Below, one piece after another: positions 45,961-56,815 of a DNA stretch of 64,000 nt. Source of the stretch: Actinomycetes bacterium (GTDB taxonomy: Bacteria > Actinomycetota > Acidimicrobiia > Acidimicrobiales > JAJYXR01); assembly GCA_021801525.1 (NCBI GenBank), contig JAJYXW010000153.1, forward strand, positions 3,986 to 67,985, given 5' to 3'. Each line of letters starts with the position of its first letter. Position 1 is the stretch's first letter. The translations under genes and the position numbers were made by a program. Below the pieces are notes generated by a model, which did not search any database, was not told the origin of the DNA, and worked only from the letters and a program-made list of their open reading frames with translations.

Positions 45961-47571
45961 ATGCTGGTGAGCGCCTTGCGCCGAGGGGCCCGGCGGATCT
46001 CCTCTTGGAGCCCCGAAGAGCGCGATGCAGTTCTCTATGCCGCCTCGGCGCTGTTCGCCGGTGCGACTTCTCTCGTTTCGTCCATCCCCCTCTACCAGCA
46101 GTGGGGACAGCTCGCGGTAGGTCCCTACGTGGCTGGAGCGGTAGCCTCGGCGTGGCTCGCTCATCGCAGGCACCGGCGCATGACGGCTGGCATACCTGCA
46201 ACAGGGGACGAGCTCGTGGCGGGGGAGCCATCTGACGGGATGCTTCCGGCTCGCGCGCCCGACAGCGCCGGATCGAACGGCGGCTCCGGCCACTGGACCG
46301 GGGCACGCATCGGGATATTCGTCCTCGTCCTCTGCGGCGCGACACTGATGCCGCTCTCCCTGGAGGTGCTGTGGCAGGCGGGATCCGGGGGGACGAGCCA
46401 CGCGCAGCCGGAGGTGCTCGTCGTGGAGCAGGCCGGCAAGCGAGTTCTACACGGCGCCGGCCTCTACCAGCAGGTCGGCAGCAAGAAAGCGGCGGTCGTG
46501 CCACCCGGGCAGCCTGCGGCCGACGCCTTCTTCCCCTACCTGCCTGGCATGGCGGTGTTCGGCCTTCCGAGCGGAACGGATGCCCCCGCTCGCCTCACAG
46601 ATGCCCGAGTGGTGTTCAGCCTGATCACCATCTTGGTGGTGATCGCGGCGCTCGCGATGTGCCGAGGCCCGTCGGGTCCCCGCGTGCTGGGCCTGCAGGT
46701 GATGACCGTCCTGCCCACGGCGGCTCTGCCGCTCGCCACGGGTGGCGACGATCTACCTGTGGTGGCGCTCATGCTGCTCGGTCTGGTCCTGCTGCAGAGG
46801 CGCCGGCCGCTCGGGGCGGGTCTGGCGCTCGGGGCGGCGGCCTCCCTCAAGTTCACCGCGTGGCCTCTTGCCGCCATCTGCCTGCTGGTGGTTCGCGACG
46901 AGCGCGGGCGCAGGGCACCGGCCCGCCTGGCCTTGGGCCTGGGAGCGGTCGTGCTCCCGGCCGTGCTCCCGGTCGTGCTCCGCAACCCCTTGGCGTTCTT
47001 CGACAACGTCGTCCGCTTCCCCCTGGGGCTGACCGGGATCCACTCGCCTGCGGGGAGCGCCCTTCCTGGACATCTGATCGTGAGCGCTTTCCCGAGCCTG
47101 CACAAGCCTTATACCCTGGCGGTAGCGGCGATAGCTGGCGCGGTCGTCCTGAGGGCCCTGGTGCGGCACACGCCGCGCACCCCGGCCGACGCTGCTCGCT
47201 TCGTGGGGTGGGTGGCGCTGGCTGCCATCATGTTGGCGCCGGCCACGAGGGTCGGTTACCTCCTCTACCCGCTCGACCTTTTCGCCTGGGCCTGGATGCT
47301 GCGATCCGAGGACGACGCGGCAATCGCCCCCGGCTACTCGCCGCTCGAAACGGCGTACATCTCGAGAGAGAACGGGGTGAGCACGCCTGGCGTTGCTGTT
47401 GGAGCCCGAGAGGGGAGCGCAGCCGCGCTCGCCGGTACGCTCGGCGCCGTCACCGGCGATGACCCGCCTGCCGTCGCCGGCGAGGCGGTTCTGCCAGTAG
47501 TAGCAGTAGCCGTGCCCGTGCCTGTACGCGCGAACGTCGTGGGCATCACGGTGACGGCTAGGTCCCAGTAG
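45961..47571 (+). CDS. Polytopic membrane protein, DUF2029/GT87-like glycosyltransferase candidate
   Basis: Many TM segments and a FPYLPGMAVFGLP loop motif. ATG at 45961 within track ORF 45490..47571. The 3' tail is low complexity. Confidence 0.5.
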   Translation: MLVSALRRGARRISSWSPEERDAVLYAASALFAGATSLVSSIPLYQQWGQLAVGPYVAGAVASAWLAHRRHRRMTAGIPATGDELVAGEPSDGMLPARAPDSAGSNGGSGHWTGARIGIFVLVLCGATLMPLSLEVLWQAGSGGTSHAQPEVLVVEQAGKRVLHGAGLYQQVGSKKAAVVPPGQPAADAFFPYLPGMAVFGLPSGTDAPARLTDARVVFSLITILVVIAALAMCRGPSGPRVLGLQVMTVLPTAALPLATGGDDLPVVALMLLGLVLLQRRRPLGAGLALGAAASLKFTAWPLAAICLLVVRDERGRRAPARLALGLGAVVLPAVLPVVLRNPLAFFDNVVRFPLGLTGIHSPAGSALPGHLIVSAFPSLHKPYTLAVAAIAGAVVLRALVRHTPRTPADAARFVGWVALAAIMLAPATRVGYLLYPLDLFAWAWMLRSEDDAAIAPGYSPLETAYISRENGVSTPGVAVGAREGSAAALAGTLGAVTGDDPPAVAGEAVLPVVAVAVPVPVRANVVGITVTARSQ

Positions 47572-48026
47572 TAGCCGTCGGCGCCCGCCTTGGTGGCGAG
47601 CATCTCGTATGCACCAGGTGAGCGCGGAGCCGGGCCATGGTCCTCGACCCTCCATCCCTCGGCTGGGAGCTCGGCGCGGTAGAAGGCGATCACCTGTGCC
47701 TCTGTAGCAGCCACCTCGAGGTCGAGCGAGCGGTCGTAGAGCCCGACGCCGCTGCCATTGTCCACGCTGCCGGTCACGAGCGCCCCGCGCGGGACGACGA
47801 TCGCGTCGACGATGTTCACAGGGGGTTCACCTCCAGCGATGACCCGAGCCATGAGCGGCTTGCCCGCCTCTGCGGCGATGGGAGATCCCCGCGCGGTGCG
47901 TACCGGCGGGACGACCGACGTCGGCGGAGCTCCGCTCGTCACATCCATTGCGATGCTCCCTGCGACGAGCAGGCCGGCACAGATCCCGACGACCACCAAG
48001 GCAGGTTTGAGGCTCGGGCCTGGCAT
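47334..48026 (-). CDS. Hypothetical membrane-anchored or exported protein
   Basis: N-terminal TM helix PALVVVGICAGLLVAGSIA, a globular middle region, and a Thr/Ala/Gly/Ser-rich tail. Confidence 0.5.
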   Translation of the reverse strand: MPGPSLKPALVVVGICAGLLVAGSIAMDVTSGAPPTSVVPPVRTARGSPIAAEAGKPLMARVIAGGEPPVNIVDAIVVPRGALVTGSVDNGSGVGLYDRSLDLEVAATEAQVIAFYRAELPAEGWRVEDHGPAPRSPGAYEMLATKAGADGYYWDLAVTVMPTTFARTGTGTATATTGRTASPATAGGSSPVTAPSVPASAAALPSRAPTATPGVLTPFSLEMYAVSSGE

Positions 48027-48147
48027 CCGCGTCGCAGATGCCGGAGCGCCAAGTCCGTCTGCGCCGAGTCCGCCTGCGCCAGTTCCGTTTGTGACGGGTG
48101 TTGTGCTGATAGGGCCAGCTTATGCCTACGGGCTGGACCTCCTATGC

Positions 48148-49197
48148 CTACCGGCTGGACCTCCAAGCGCCGAAGCTGCCGGCGGACGCTGTGATCCCTG
48201 CTCGTGCTGTGCTCACGGTGCGGCGAGGCCGGAAACCCGCCGCAAGGTCGTCGGCGGTGAGGCCCGAGGATGCCACGCCCGTCGTGGCATAGGCGTACAT
48301 CGATGCAGAGAAAACCGCCGCGCACAACGAACGTGCGGCGGAGAGGCTGGCCAGCAGGGCTACGAGGAAGCCGGCGGTCAGCGTGATGCTTGCCGTGAGG
48401 GCGAAGAGCATGGCTGCCATGGGCATAGCCAGGAGGAGCGCAATGGACGCGACGGTGCCGAACTGTCCGCTCGCGCTCAGCCCGGGGCCGAAGCTCGAGC
48501 GCACGTAAGCGGCAGCACGTTCGATGCCGCGCTTCACGTTCCCCTGTTCCGAAACGACGACAGGCACGGCGAGGACCGACATCGCAGACCAGGACATCCC
48601 CAGCCTGCGGGTTAGGACGCGGCCGAGCATCCCGAGCAGGCCCGGGCCGTCGAGAACGCGCATGAGCGATCCCCAGACGAGGTTCGTGGCGCTGAACGAC
48701 GCGACAGAGCGCGCCCGGCGAAGTGCGCAGAAGGCAGATCGGGAGAGCGGAGGGGGCGGTCCGCGAAGGCCGGCGATGCAATGAGCCGCAACGATCGCGC
48801 GTGCGAGGTTCCAGAGGAACCCTGCCGCGGCGAGGACTGCGAGAACGATGAACGCGCCTGCGGCAATGCCGAGGGCGCTGCCCATGCGAGCTGCCTCGAG
48901 CAGTCGCAGGAGAGCGGCTCCCCCGGCGCATAGTGCAGCGGTGCCCACGAGAGCCGCCAGTGGCGCGGCGAGGAGAGCAGGGGCGCCAGCCACGGTCCTC
49001 GCCCCCGCACGGGCGAGCCGGATTCCGCGATGTAGCCGGCGCACTGCCATGTAAGGGTTGTCGTAGGCGAGGATCGGGGCCTGCCACGACGGCCAGAGCG
49101 GAGGCGGCCCGAATGCGGGGGGCGCGTCCAGACCGCCGGCCGTACCGAAGACCGTATTGGCCGGTGTGCCATAGGTGGTCGTCGGGCGCCTGGCCAC
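48148..49197 (-). CDS. Hypothetical polytopic membrane protein
   Basis: 349 aa with at least 5 hydrophobic segments. No motif recognised. Confidence 0.5.
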   Translation of the reverse strand: MARRPTTTYGTPANTVFGTAGGLDAPPAFGPPPLWPSWQAPILAYDNPYMAVRRLHRGIRLARAGARTVAGAPALLAAPLAALVGTAALCAGGAALLRLLEAARMGSALGIAAGAFIVLAVLAAAGFLWNLARAIVAAHCIAGLRGPPPPLSRSAFCALRRARSVASFSATNLVWGSLMRVLDGPGLLGMLGRVLTRRLGMSWSAMSVLAVPVVVSEQGNVKRGIERAAAYVRSSFGPGLSASGQFGTVASIALLLAMPMAAMLFALTASITLTAGFLVALLASLSAARSLCAAVFSASMYAYATTGVASSGLTADDLAAGFRPRRTVSTARAGITASAGSFGAWRSSR

Positions 49198-49511
49198 GTT
49201 CCCCTGCCCCTCCCTCCAGTGCCGGCTTGGAGTGCCGGCAAGCGCTGCGGGCTGCTCGGGGCAGGCTGGATCGCGCGATCGGTGCCCGGCCGGGGACTGC
49301 CCGCAGGTGAAAGCTTAGACGCGCAGCGCACGTCACAGCCGGTCAACCCAGCTCTCGACATAAGAGGCTCAGCGGCTATACCTGGTGACTGGGAGCGGGA
49401 TCGTCGGCACCGGCGGTAACGTTGGTATTGGCGGCGTCGTCGGCGCGGCGTCCGTCGTCGGCTTCCATGGGTGCATATGGACCGAGCCAGTGCTATCGGA
49501 AGGTTGGAGCC

Positions 49512-50630
49512 ATGAGCTTCCTCGCTTACATGTTGCGTGGGCTGTGGTCGAAGAAGGTCCGGGCAGCGGGGTTGACCATGGCCGTAGCCTTCGCTGTCAT
49601 GACCGTCGTCAGCCTGCAGGTCACGAGCAGCGGGCTGGAGCAGTCGGCGGCAGCGGTGATATCCATCGGGAAGGCGGACCTTACCGTCGCTCAAAAAGGC
49701 GTGTCGGACATCCTGAGCAGCAGCATCGACGAGACCGAGCTCGCTCGGATCCGCGCGGTGCCAGGCGTGTCCAGCGCTGTCGGGGTGTTGGTCGAGACCG
49801 AGAAGGTAAGCGCCAGCGTCCCCCTGTTCATCGAGATCGGCATCGCCCCCCAGGACCTCGCTCCCTTCGGGGTCACCGTCGTCGCGGGCCGCCCCTACGC
49901 GGCCGATGCCACCAACCAGGTCATGATGGGCTGGCGGGCGGCCTCGACCTTCGGCCTGCATGTCGGCGACCGGTTCCACACCAACGGCACCGTCTACGAC
50001 GTCACCGGCATCTACTCGACGGGCAATGCCTTCGGTGATGCCGGGGCAATGTTCCCCCTCGTTGCCCTGCAGGCGTACAACCGGGTGCCGGGCATGGTCA
50101 CCCTGGCCTTCTTGAAGGTGGCCCCGGGGGTGCCGGTCACCACCGTCGCTCGACGCATCGATTTTCGCCTGCCCGAGCTCACGAGCATCCGAACCGCCTC
50201 ACAGTTCGGCAGGGCCGACCGCAACCTGGTCTTCCTCCAGGCGGCGGTCAACGGCAGCACGATCCTGGCAGTCCTCATAGGGGCGGTTATCGTCGGCAAT
50301 ACCATGCTCCTGTCTTTGTTCGAGCGCACCCGTGAGCTCGGCCTGCTGCGGGCGGTCGGTTGGACCAGGCGCCGGACGGTCGGCCTGCTGCTCGGTGAGA
50401 GCCTCGTGCTGGCGCTGATCGGCGCCGCGGTCGGCGTATGCCTGTCCTTCGGGGTGTTGGCCATCCTCGAACGCCTTCCGACGCTGAGCGGGGTGCTCCA
50501 TGCCGACTTCACCTCCGCAGCTTTCGCCCGGGCCCTGCTGACGGCCGTGGCCATGACCATCATCGGCGGACTGTACCCGGCGATCAGAGCCGCCCGCCTG
50601 ACTCCCCTCGAGGCACTGAGCTATGAGTGA
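49512..50630 (+). CDS. ABC transporter permease (FtsX/MacB-like)
   Basis: N-terminal TM helix, a large extracytoplasmic domain, and a C-terminal FtsX-like 3-TM module (RELGLLRAVGW). ATG at 49512 after GGAAGGTTGGAG. Confidence 0.85.
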   Translation: MSFLAYMLRGLWSKKVRAAGLTMAVAFAVMTVVSLQVTSSGLEQSAAAVISIGKADLTVAQKGVSDILSSSIDETELARIRAVPGVSSAVGVLVETEKVSASVPLFIEIGIAPQDLAPFGVTVVAGRPYAADATNQVMMGWRAASTFGLHVGDRFHTNGTVYDVTGIYSTGNAFGDAGAMFPLVALQAYNRVPGMVTLAFLKVAPGVPVTTVARRIDFRLPELTSIRTASQFGRADRNLVFLQAAVNGSTILAVLIGAVIVGNTMLLSLFERTRELGLLRAVGWTRRRTVGLLLGESLVLALIGAAVGVCLSFGVLAILERLPTLSGVLHADFTSAAFARALLTAVAMTIIGGLYPAIRAARLTPLEALSYE

Positions 50631-50636
50631 GGTGCT

Positions 50637-51353
50637 GTGAGCGAGGCCATCAGGGCGCTCGGGGAACCGGCCGCGGCCGAGGGCAGCCAACCCTGCGAGG
50701 TCGACTTCGACGCGGTGGTGAAGGTGTACCCGGGCGGCGTCCGGGCACTCGACCGGGTCGACCTGCGGATCGCCGAAGGCGAGTATGTCACTGTCACCGG
50801 TCCCTCAGGGTGTGGCAAGTCGACGATGCTGCACCTTGCCGCCGCTCTGGACGTCCCCACCTCGGGGACGGTGCGGATCGGAGGGCGCGACCTCAGCGCG
50901 ATACCCGACCTGAGCAGCTTCCGGCGTAACCAGGTCGGGCTCATCTTCCAGCTTCACAACCTCATCCCCGGGCAGCCGATCATCGCCAACGTCGAAGCAG
51001 TCATGTTCGGCACTCACCGCAGCGGCCACGAGCGCCGGAACCGCGCGATGGAGTTGCTGGCCCGGGTGGACCTGGCCGGGCGGGAGCACCGGCTGCCGAC
51101 CCAGCTTTCGGGGGGCGAGCGGCAACGAGTTGCGATCGCCCGGGCTCTGGCCAACGAGCCGAGGCTGCTGCTGGCCGACGAACCCACCGGCAGCCTCGAC
51201 CCGGCGGCAGCGGACCTGGTGCTGCAGCTCTTCGAACGGGTTCGGAGGCGCGGTGTGACTATCGTGATGGTGACCCACGACCCCGGTATCGCCAGGTTGG
51301 CCGACCGCACCATCTATATGCGGGAGGGCCGTATCGTCGAGCCAGGTCTCTAG
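50637..51353 (+). CDS. ABC transporter ATP-binding protein (MacB/LolD-like)
   Basis: Walker [10 protein letters not shown], signature [14 protein letters not shown], Walker B LLLADEPT. Confidence 0.93.
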   Translation: MSEAIRALGEPAAAEGSQPCEVDFDAVVKVYPGGVRALDRVDLRIAEGEYVTVTGPSGCGKSTMLHLAAALDVPTSGTVRIGGRDLSAIPDLSSFRRNQVGLIFQLHNLIPGQPIIANVEAVMFGTHRSGHERRNRAMELLARVDLAGREHRLPTQLSGGERQRVAIARALANEPRLLLADEPTGSLDPAAADLVLQLFERVRRRGVTIVMVTHDPGIARLADRTIYMREGRIVEPGL

Positions 51354-51545
51354 AGCAGCGGCCCGGTAGCCGGCGAGGTTGGAAGTGGGCACGACGCGGG
51401 TAGGCTTGGGCTTCACATTGCGTTCGCGCTCGTTCGCCGAGCGGATCGACGGCTGTCGGCCCCAGAGGGCATTTGCGGGTGCTGGCGGTTGGTGAAGCGG
51501 GAGGAGGAGCCTTTAGTGGCTCTGGCTGCTGGTGGTGGTCCAGGG

Positions 51546-52943
51546 ATGTGGCCGGGGGCGTGGCCGGGTGGCCCGCCTAGGCTCTCGCGCCGGTCGCTCC
51601 TCCAAGCTGGCGCTGTCGCTGGCGGGGGGCTTGCCCTGGGTGCTTGCAGCTCGGGTCCGAGCGGGCGAACCGGGCTGGCGAAGCCGGCGGCACGGGCCAG
51701 GAACGTTCTGCCAGCGGGGACGCTGCCCCATCCGCACCTCCCCGAGGGTACTGACACGATCCCGGAGATCGACCACATCATGGTGGTCATGCTCGAGAAC
51801 CACTCCTTCGACAACATCCTCGGAATGCTCGGGCGAGGCGACGGCTTCACGCTCGGCTCGAACGGTGCGCCTACGGCTACCAATCCGAACGGCCGGGGCC
51901 AGCTCGTCCGGGCGTTCCACATGCCCACCCCCTGCCAGCTCCACGGCAAACCCTCCCAGTCGTGGAACGCGAGCCATGTCCAGTACGACCACGGGACCAA
52001 CGAAGGCTTCGTGGTCTCCAAGAGCGGGCCCGTCGCCATGGGCTACTGGACGCCACCCGACATGCCCTTCACCAACGGGCTCGCCAAGGTCTTCCCAATA
52101 GGGGACCGCTACTTCTGCTCAGTGCTCGGCCAGACCTTCCCGAACCGCAGGTACCTGATAGCGGGCACCTCGATCGGCATGGTCGACGACACCACACCGT
52201 CCGGGCTCCCACCCGCCGGGACGATCTTCGATTTGTTGAACCGCCACGGGATCCCTTGGCGCGACTACTACTCGAGCCTGCCCACGGCAGGCGTGTTCCT
52301 CCCGCTGCTCGGGCGCAAGGACATTGCGCCGAACCTGGTGCACATCAACCAGCTCTACGCGGACGCGGCGAGCGGGAACTTGCCGGCCTTCGCGATCGTC
52401 GACCCGAACTTCGGGACCGAGTCCGAGGAGGACCCCCAGGATATCCAATACGGCGATGTCTTCCTCGCCAAGGTGATGGGTGCTTTGATGTCCGGCCCCG
52501 CGTGGCCGAGCACGCTCGTCGTATGGAATTACGACGAGCACGGTGGTTATTACGATCACGTCCCGCCGCCGGCAGCGCCGGCTCCAGACGGCATCCCGCC
52601 TGCCATCAAGGTGCCGCCCGACCAGCCGGGCGGGTTCGACCGCTATGGGTTCAGGGTGCCCTTCGGGGTCGTGTCCCCGTACGCGAGGAAGGGCTACGTC
52701 TCCCACGTGGTCCACGACCACACCTCGGTGCTCAAACTGGTCGAGACGAAGTGGAACCTGCCCGCTCTCACTCGCCGCGACGCGAACGCCTCGGACTTGC
52801 TCGACAGCATCGACCTCGCCTCCCCGCCCGCCTTCTTGCACCCACCGACATTGCCTGCCCCAGCCAACCCTGCGCTCGAGGCGTCGTGCGAGCAGGCAGG
52901 GCCGGGGCTCATCCCGCCGCCGGCTGCAGTGGTGAGGGCCTGA
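51546..52943 (+). CDS. Phosphoesterase family protein (PF04185-type; phospholipase C/acid phosphatase AcpA-like), Tat signal
   Basis: LSRRSLLQAGAVAGGGLALGAC signal and IDHIMVVMLENHSFDNILG core. GTG at 51489 is an alternative start. Confidence 0.82.
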   Translation: MWPGAWPGGPPRLSRRSLLQAGAVAGGGLALGACSSGPSGRTGLAKPAARARNVLPAGTLPHPHLPEGTDTIPEIDHIMVVMLENHSFDNILGMLGRGDGFTLGSNGAPTATNPNGRGQLVRAFHMPTPCQLHGKPSQSWNASHVQYDHGTNEGFVVSKSGPVAMGYWTPPDMPFTNGLAKVFPIGDRYFCSVLGQTFPNRRYLIAGTSIGMVDDTTPSGLPPAGTIFDLLNRHGIPWRDYYSSLPTAGVFLPLLGRKDIAPNLVHINQLYADAASGNLPAFAIVDPNFGTESEEDPQDIQYGDVFLAKVMGALMSGPAWPSTLVVWNYDEHGGYYDHVPPPAAPAPDGIPPAIKVPPDQPGGFDRYGFRVPFGVVSPYARKGYVSHVVHDHTSVLKLVETKWNLPALTRRDANASDLLDSIDLASPPAFLHPPTLPAPANPALEASCEQAGPGLIPPPAAVVRA

Positions 52944-52945
52944 GG

Positions 52946-52975
52946 CTCCAGACAGCTCCAGACAGCTCCAGACAG
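52946..52975. repeat. 10-bp tandem repeat CTCCAGACAG x3
   Basis: Starts 3 nt after the stop of the first phosphoesterase gene. Confidence 0.9.
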
Positions 52976-53169
52976 CTTTGGACCCGTGGCCGTGCTTTCC
53001 TGCATCCTTGCACGCGGTCATATCAGGACGTAGAGTGGTGAGGACCACAGCTGATGCTGAGAGAAACGCCAGTTGTGGTACTGGTGGGACCATTCCAAGG
53101 CAGCGGCCCCGCGTAGAAGTACTGCAACGGGAGCATCGGCACGGCAGGAAGTGAAGGGGGGAGCGGGTC

Positions 53170-54624
53170 ATGGGATCCAACTACCAGGTAACCACCGGCG
53201 GGTCGGGATCGCGAAGCAAGCCTGGGCGCCTTCTAGGTGGGCACCTTCCCGAGCGGCGGCTGTCCAGGCGGCAGATCCTCCAGGGTGCCATGGTCGGTGG
53301 AGCGGGAGTTGCCCTTGCAGGGTGCGGGTCCTGGCCGTTCGGTGGGAGCGGGTCGAGCCTCCCAGCGGGGCCGAGGCCGTTCCCGACCAAGGCGGCCGGC
53401 ACCGACATGATCCCGGAGATCGACCACATCGTGGTGGTCATGCTCGAGAACCACTCCTTCGACAACGTCCTCGGGATGCTCGGGCGAGGCGACGGCTTCA
53501 CGCTCGGCTCGAACGGCCAACCGATGGCCACCAACCCCGAGTCGAACGGCGACCTCGTCCACGCCTTCCACACGCCTACACCGTGCCGGGCCTTCTCCGA
53601 GCCGGACCAGACCTGGAACGACAGCCACATGTCGTACTCGAACGGGACCAATCAAGGTTTCGTGCTCGCGAGCGGCCCGTCCGCGATGGCCTACTACGAC
53701 TCTTCCGACATGCCCTTCACCTACGGTCTCGCGGGATCCTTCCCGGTCTCGGACCAGTACTACTCCTCGCTGCTCGGCCAGACCTTCCCCAACCGCCGCT
53801 ACCTCATCTCGGGCACGTCGCTCGGGATGATCAACGACCTGCCCTCCTTCAGCGACGTGGTGGCGACGGTCGCCAACAGGCCCCCGAACGGCACGATATT
53901 CGACATGCTGAACTCCGTCGGGGTGTCGTGGAAGAACTACAACTACGGCATCTCGACGCTTATGCTCTACCCGTACCTGCTAACCGAACCCGCGAACTTC
54001 GGGAAGATGGTGGGGATCAACCAGTTCTACTCGGACGCGGCGAGCGGCGCCCTGCCGGCGTTCTCGCTCGTGGACCCCGACCTCGTAAACTTCGTCGGCA
54101 ACTCCGGCGGCGAGGGCGACGACATCCAACTGGCCGACAATTTCCTCGCGAGCATCGTCAACGCTCTTGTGAAGGGGCCGAAGTGGTCGAACACTCTCCT
54201 TGTCTGGAACTTCGACGAAGCCGGCGGGTACTACGACCACGTCCCGCCCCCGAGCGCCCCGGTCCCCGACGGCGTGGCGCCCGAGCTCACCTCCTCGGAC
54301 GAGCCGGGCAGCTTCGACCGCTACGGGTTCAGGGTGCCCTGCGGGCTCGTGTGCCCCTACGCGAGGCCCGGTTATGTCTCGCACGTGGTGGCGGATCACA
54401 CCTCGGTGTTGAAGCTGGTGGAGACCAAGTGGAATCTGCCGGCAATGACCAAGCGCGACGCTGCAGCCTCCGACCTACTTGACATGGTCGACTTCTCGTC
54501 CAAGCCCGCATTCCTCACGCCTCCGCGGCTTCCGGCGCCGGCAAACCCGAGCTCGCTGACGGTGGCAAGCTGCGAGATGAGCTCGGCGCAGAACCCTCCC
54601 GCAGGTTACGTCACCGCCGGCTGA
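53170..54624 (+). CDS. Phosphoesterase family protein (paralog of 51546..52943), Tat/lipoprotein-type signal
   Basis: LSRRQILQGAMVGGAGVALAGCG signal and IDHIVVVMLENHSFDNVLG core. Same length and colinear with the upstream paralog. Confidence 0.85.
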   Translation: MGSNYQVTTGGSGSRSKPGRLLGGHLPERRLSRRQILQGAMVGGAGVALAGCGSWPFGGSGSSLPAGPRPFPTKAAGTDMIPEIDHIVVVMLENHSFDNVLGMLGRGDGFTLGSNGQPMATNPESNGDLVHAFHTPTPCRAFSEPDQTWNDSHMSYSNGTNQGFVLASGPSAMAYYDSSDMPFTYGLAGSFPVSDQYYSSLLGQTFPNRRYLISGTSLGMINDLPSFSDVVATVANRPPNGTIFDMLNSVGVSWKNYNYGISTLMLYPYLLTEPANFGKMVGINQFYSDAASGALPAFSLVDPDLVNFVGNSGGEGDDIQLADNFLASIVNALVKGPKWSNTLLVWNFDEAGGYYDHVPPPSAPVPDGVAPELTSSDEPGSFDRYGFRVPCGLVCPYARPGYVSHVVADHTSVLKLVETKWNLPAMTKRDAAASDLLDMVDFSSKPAFLTPPRLPAPANPSSLTVASCEMSSAQNPPAGYVTAG

Positions 54625-54781
54625 GCATCGGAAGTGCAGGCTGCTCACCGTCGACGTGCGGTTGCGCCGGGGCGCTGAGCGGGTAGCAGAGGTTGTCGAC
54701 CCGACGGAGCTCTGAGCCTGTTCGTCGGGAATGGCGAATGTCGCGCCGCCAATAGGTCATGGGAACGGCCAGGCCTGATGC

Positions 54782-55606
54782 TCAGGGCCGTCCCGTTCCC
54801 CAGCCGAAGTGGTCGACGGGTCCGTGGCCGGCCCCGAGAGTCCACGTAGCAGCGCCGCCGATGGCCCGGGTCACGTACTCTTTGGCCCGGGTGGCCGCCT
54901 CGGGCGCGCCGGCGCCGCGGGCGAGCCACGCGGCTATTGCAGCCGAGAATGTGCAGCCTGTCCCGTGGTCGTTGCGCGTGGCGACCCGGGCGGCCGGAAG
55001 GAGCGTGACCTCGCCCCCGGGGCCACCGGCCAGGACCACGTCGGGGGAGATCGCGCCTCGAAGGTGCCCGCCCTTGACCACGACGAGCTCCGCGCCCATC
55101 TCCGCGATCCTTCGGGCTGCAGCCTCCATGGCCCCGGTGGAGTCGATATCCGCCAGGTCCATCGAGGCGAGGAGGGCGGCTTCGAAGAGGTTGGGCGTCA
55201 GGACACGGGCACGGGGGACGAGCAGATCCCTGTAGGCATCCAGCCCTCCCTCGTCGAGGAGTGGCTTCCCGCTGGAGGACACGAGCACGGGGTCGACCAC
55301 TAGGTTTGGGATGACACCCTCGGCGGCGAGCTGCGCGACGACGCGCACGTTCGCGGCAGTGGCGAGCATCCCGGTCTTCGTGGCCCTGACCGGCATATCG
55401 TCGAGGACGGTGCGGACCTGGAGCTCCACGAAAGCGGGGTCCACGCTCAGCGTGGCACGTACCTCGGTGGTGCTCTGCGCCGTTATGGCGGTGAGAGCCG
55501 AGGTGCCGTGCACTGCGTGGGCTGCGAAGGTGAGCAGGTCCGCCTGGATCCCTGCGCCTCCCCCAGAGTCCGATCCGGCAATAGTGAGCGCAACGGGAGG
55601 GTCCAC
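54782..55606 (-). CDS. thiD: Hydroxymethylpyrimidine/phosphomethylpyrimidine kinase
   Basis: [22 protein letters not shown] and [12 protein letters not shown] motifs. Confidence 0.92.
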   Translation of the reverse strand: MDPPVALTIAGSDSGGGAGIQADLLTFAAHAVHGTSALTAITAQSTTEVRATLSVDPAFVELQVRTVLDDMPVRATKTGMLATAANVRVVAQLAAEGVIPNLVVDPVLVSSSGKPLLDEGGLDAYRDLLVPRARVLTPNLFEAALLASMDLADIDSTGAMEAAARRIAEMGAELVVVKGGHLRGAISPDVVLAGGPGGEVTLLPAARVATRNDHGTGCTFSAAIAAWLARGAGAPEAATRAKEYVTRAIGGAATWTLGAGHGPVDHFGWGTGRP

Positions 55607-55696
55607 GCCGCCGAGCGTAGGGCGCGGCGCGAACCGGCGCAGCGCCCGAGAGCGCCGGCCGTGCCGGCGAGCGCGCCGGACGTGCCGGCGAGGTTC

Positions 55697-56810
<1,114 letters not shown>

Positions 56811-56815
56811 CCCAG

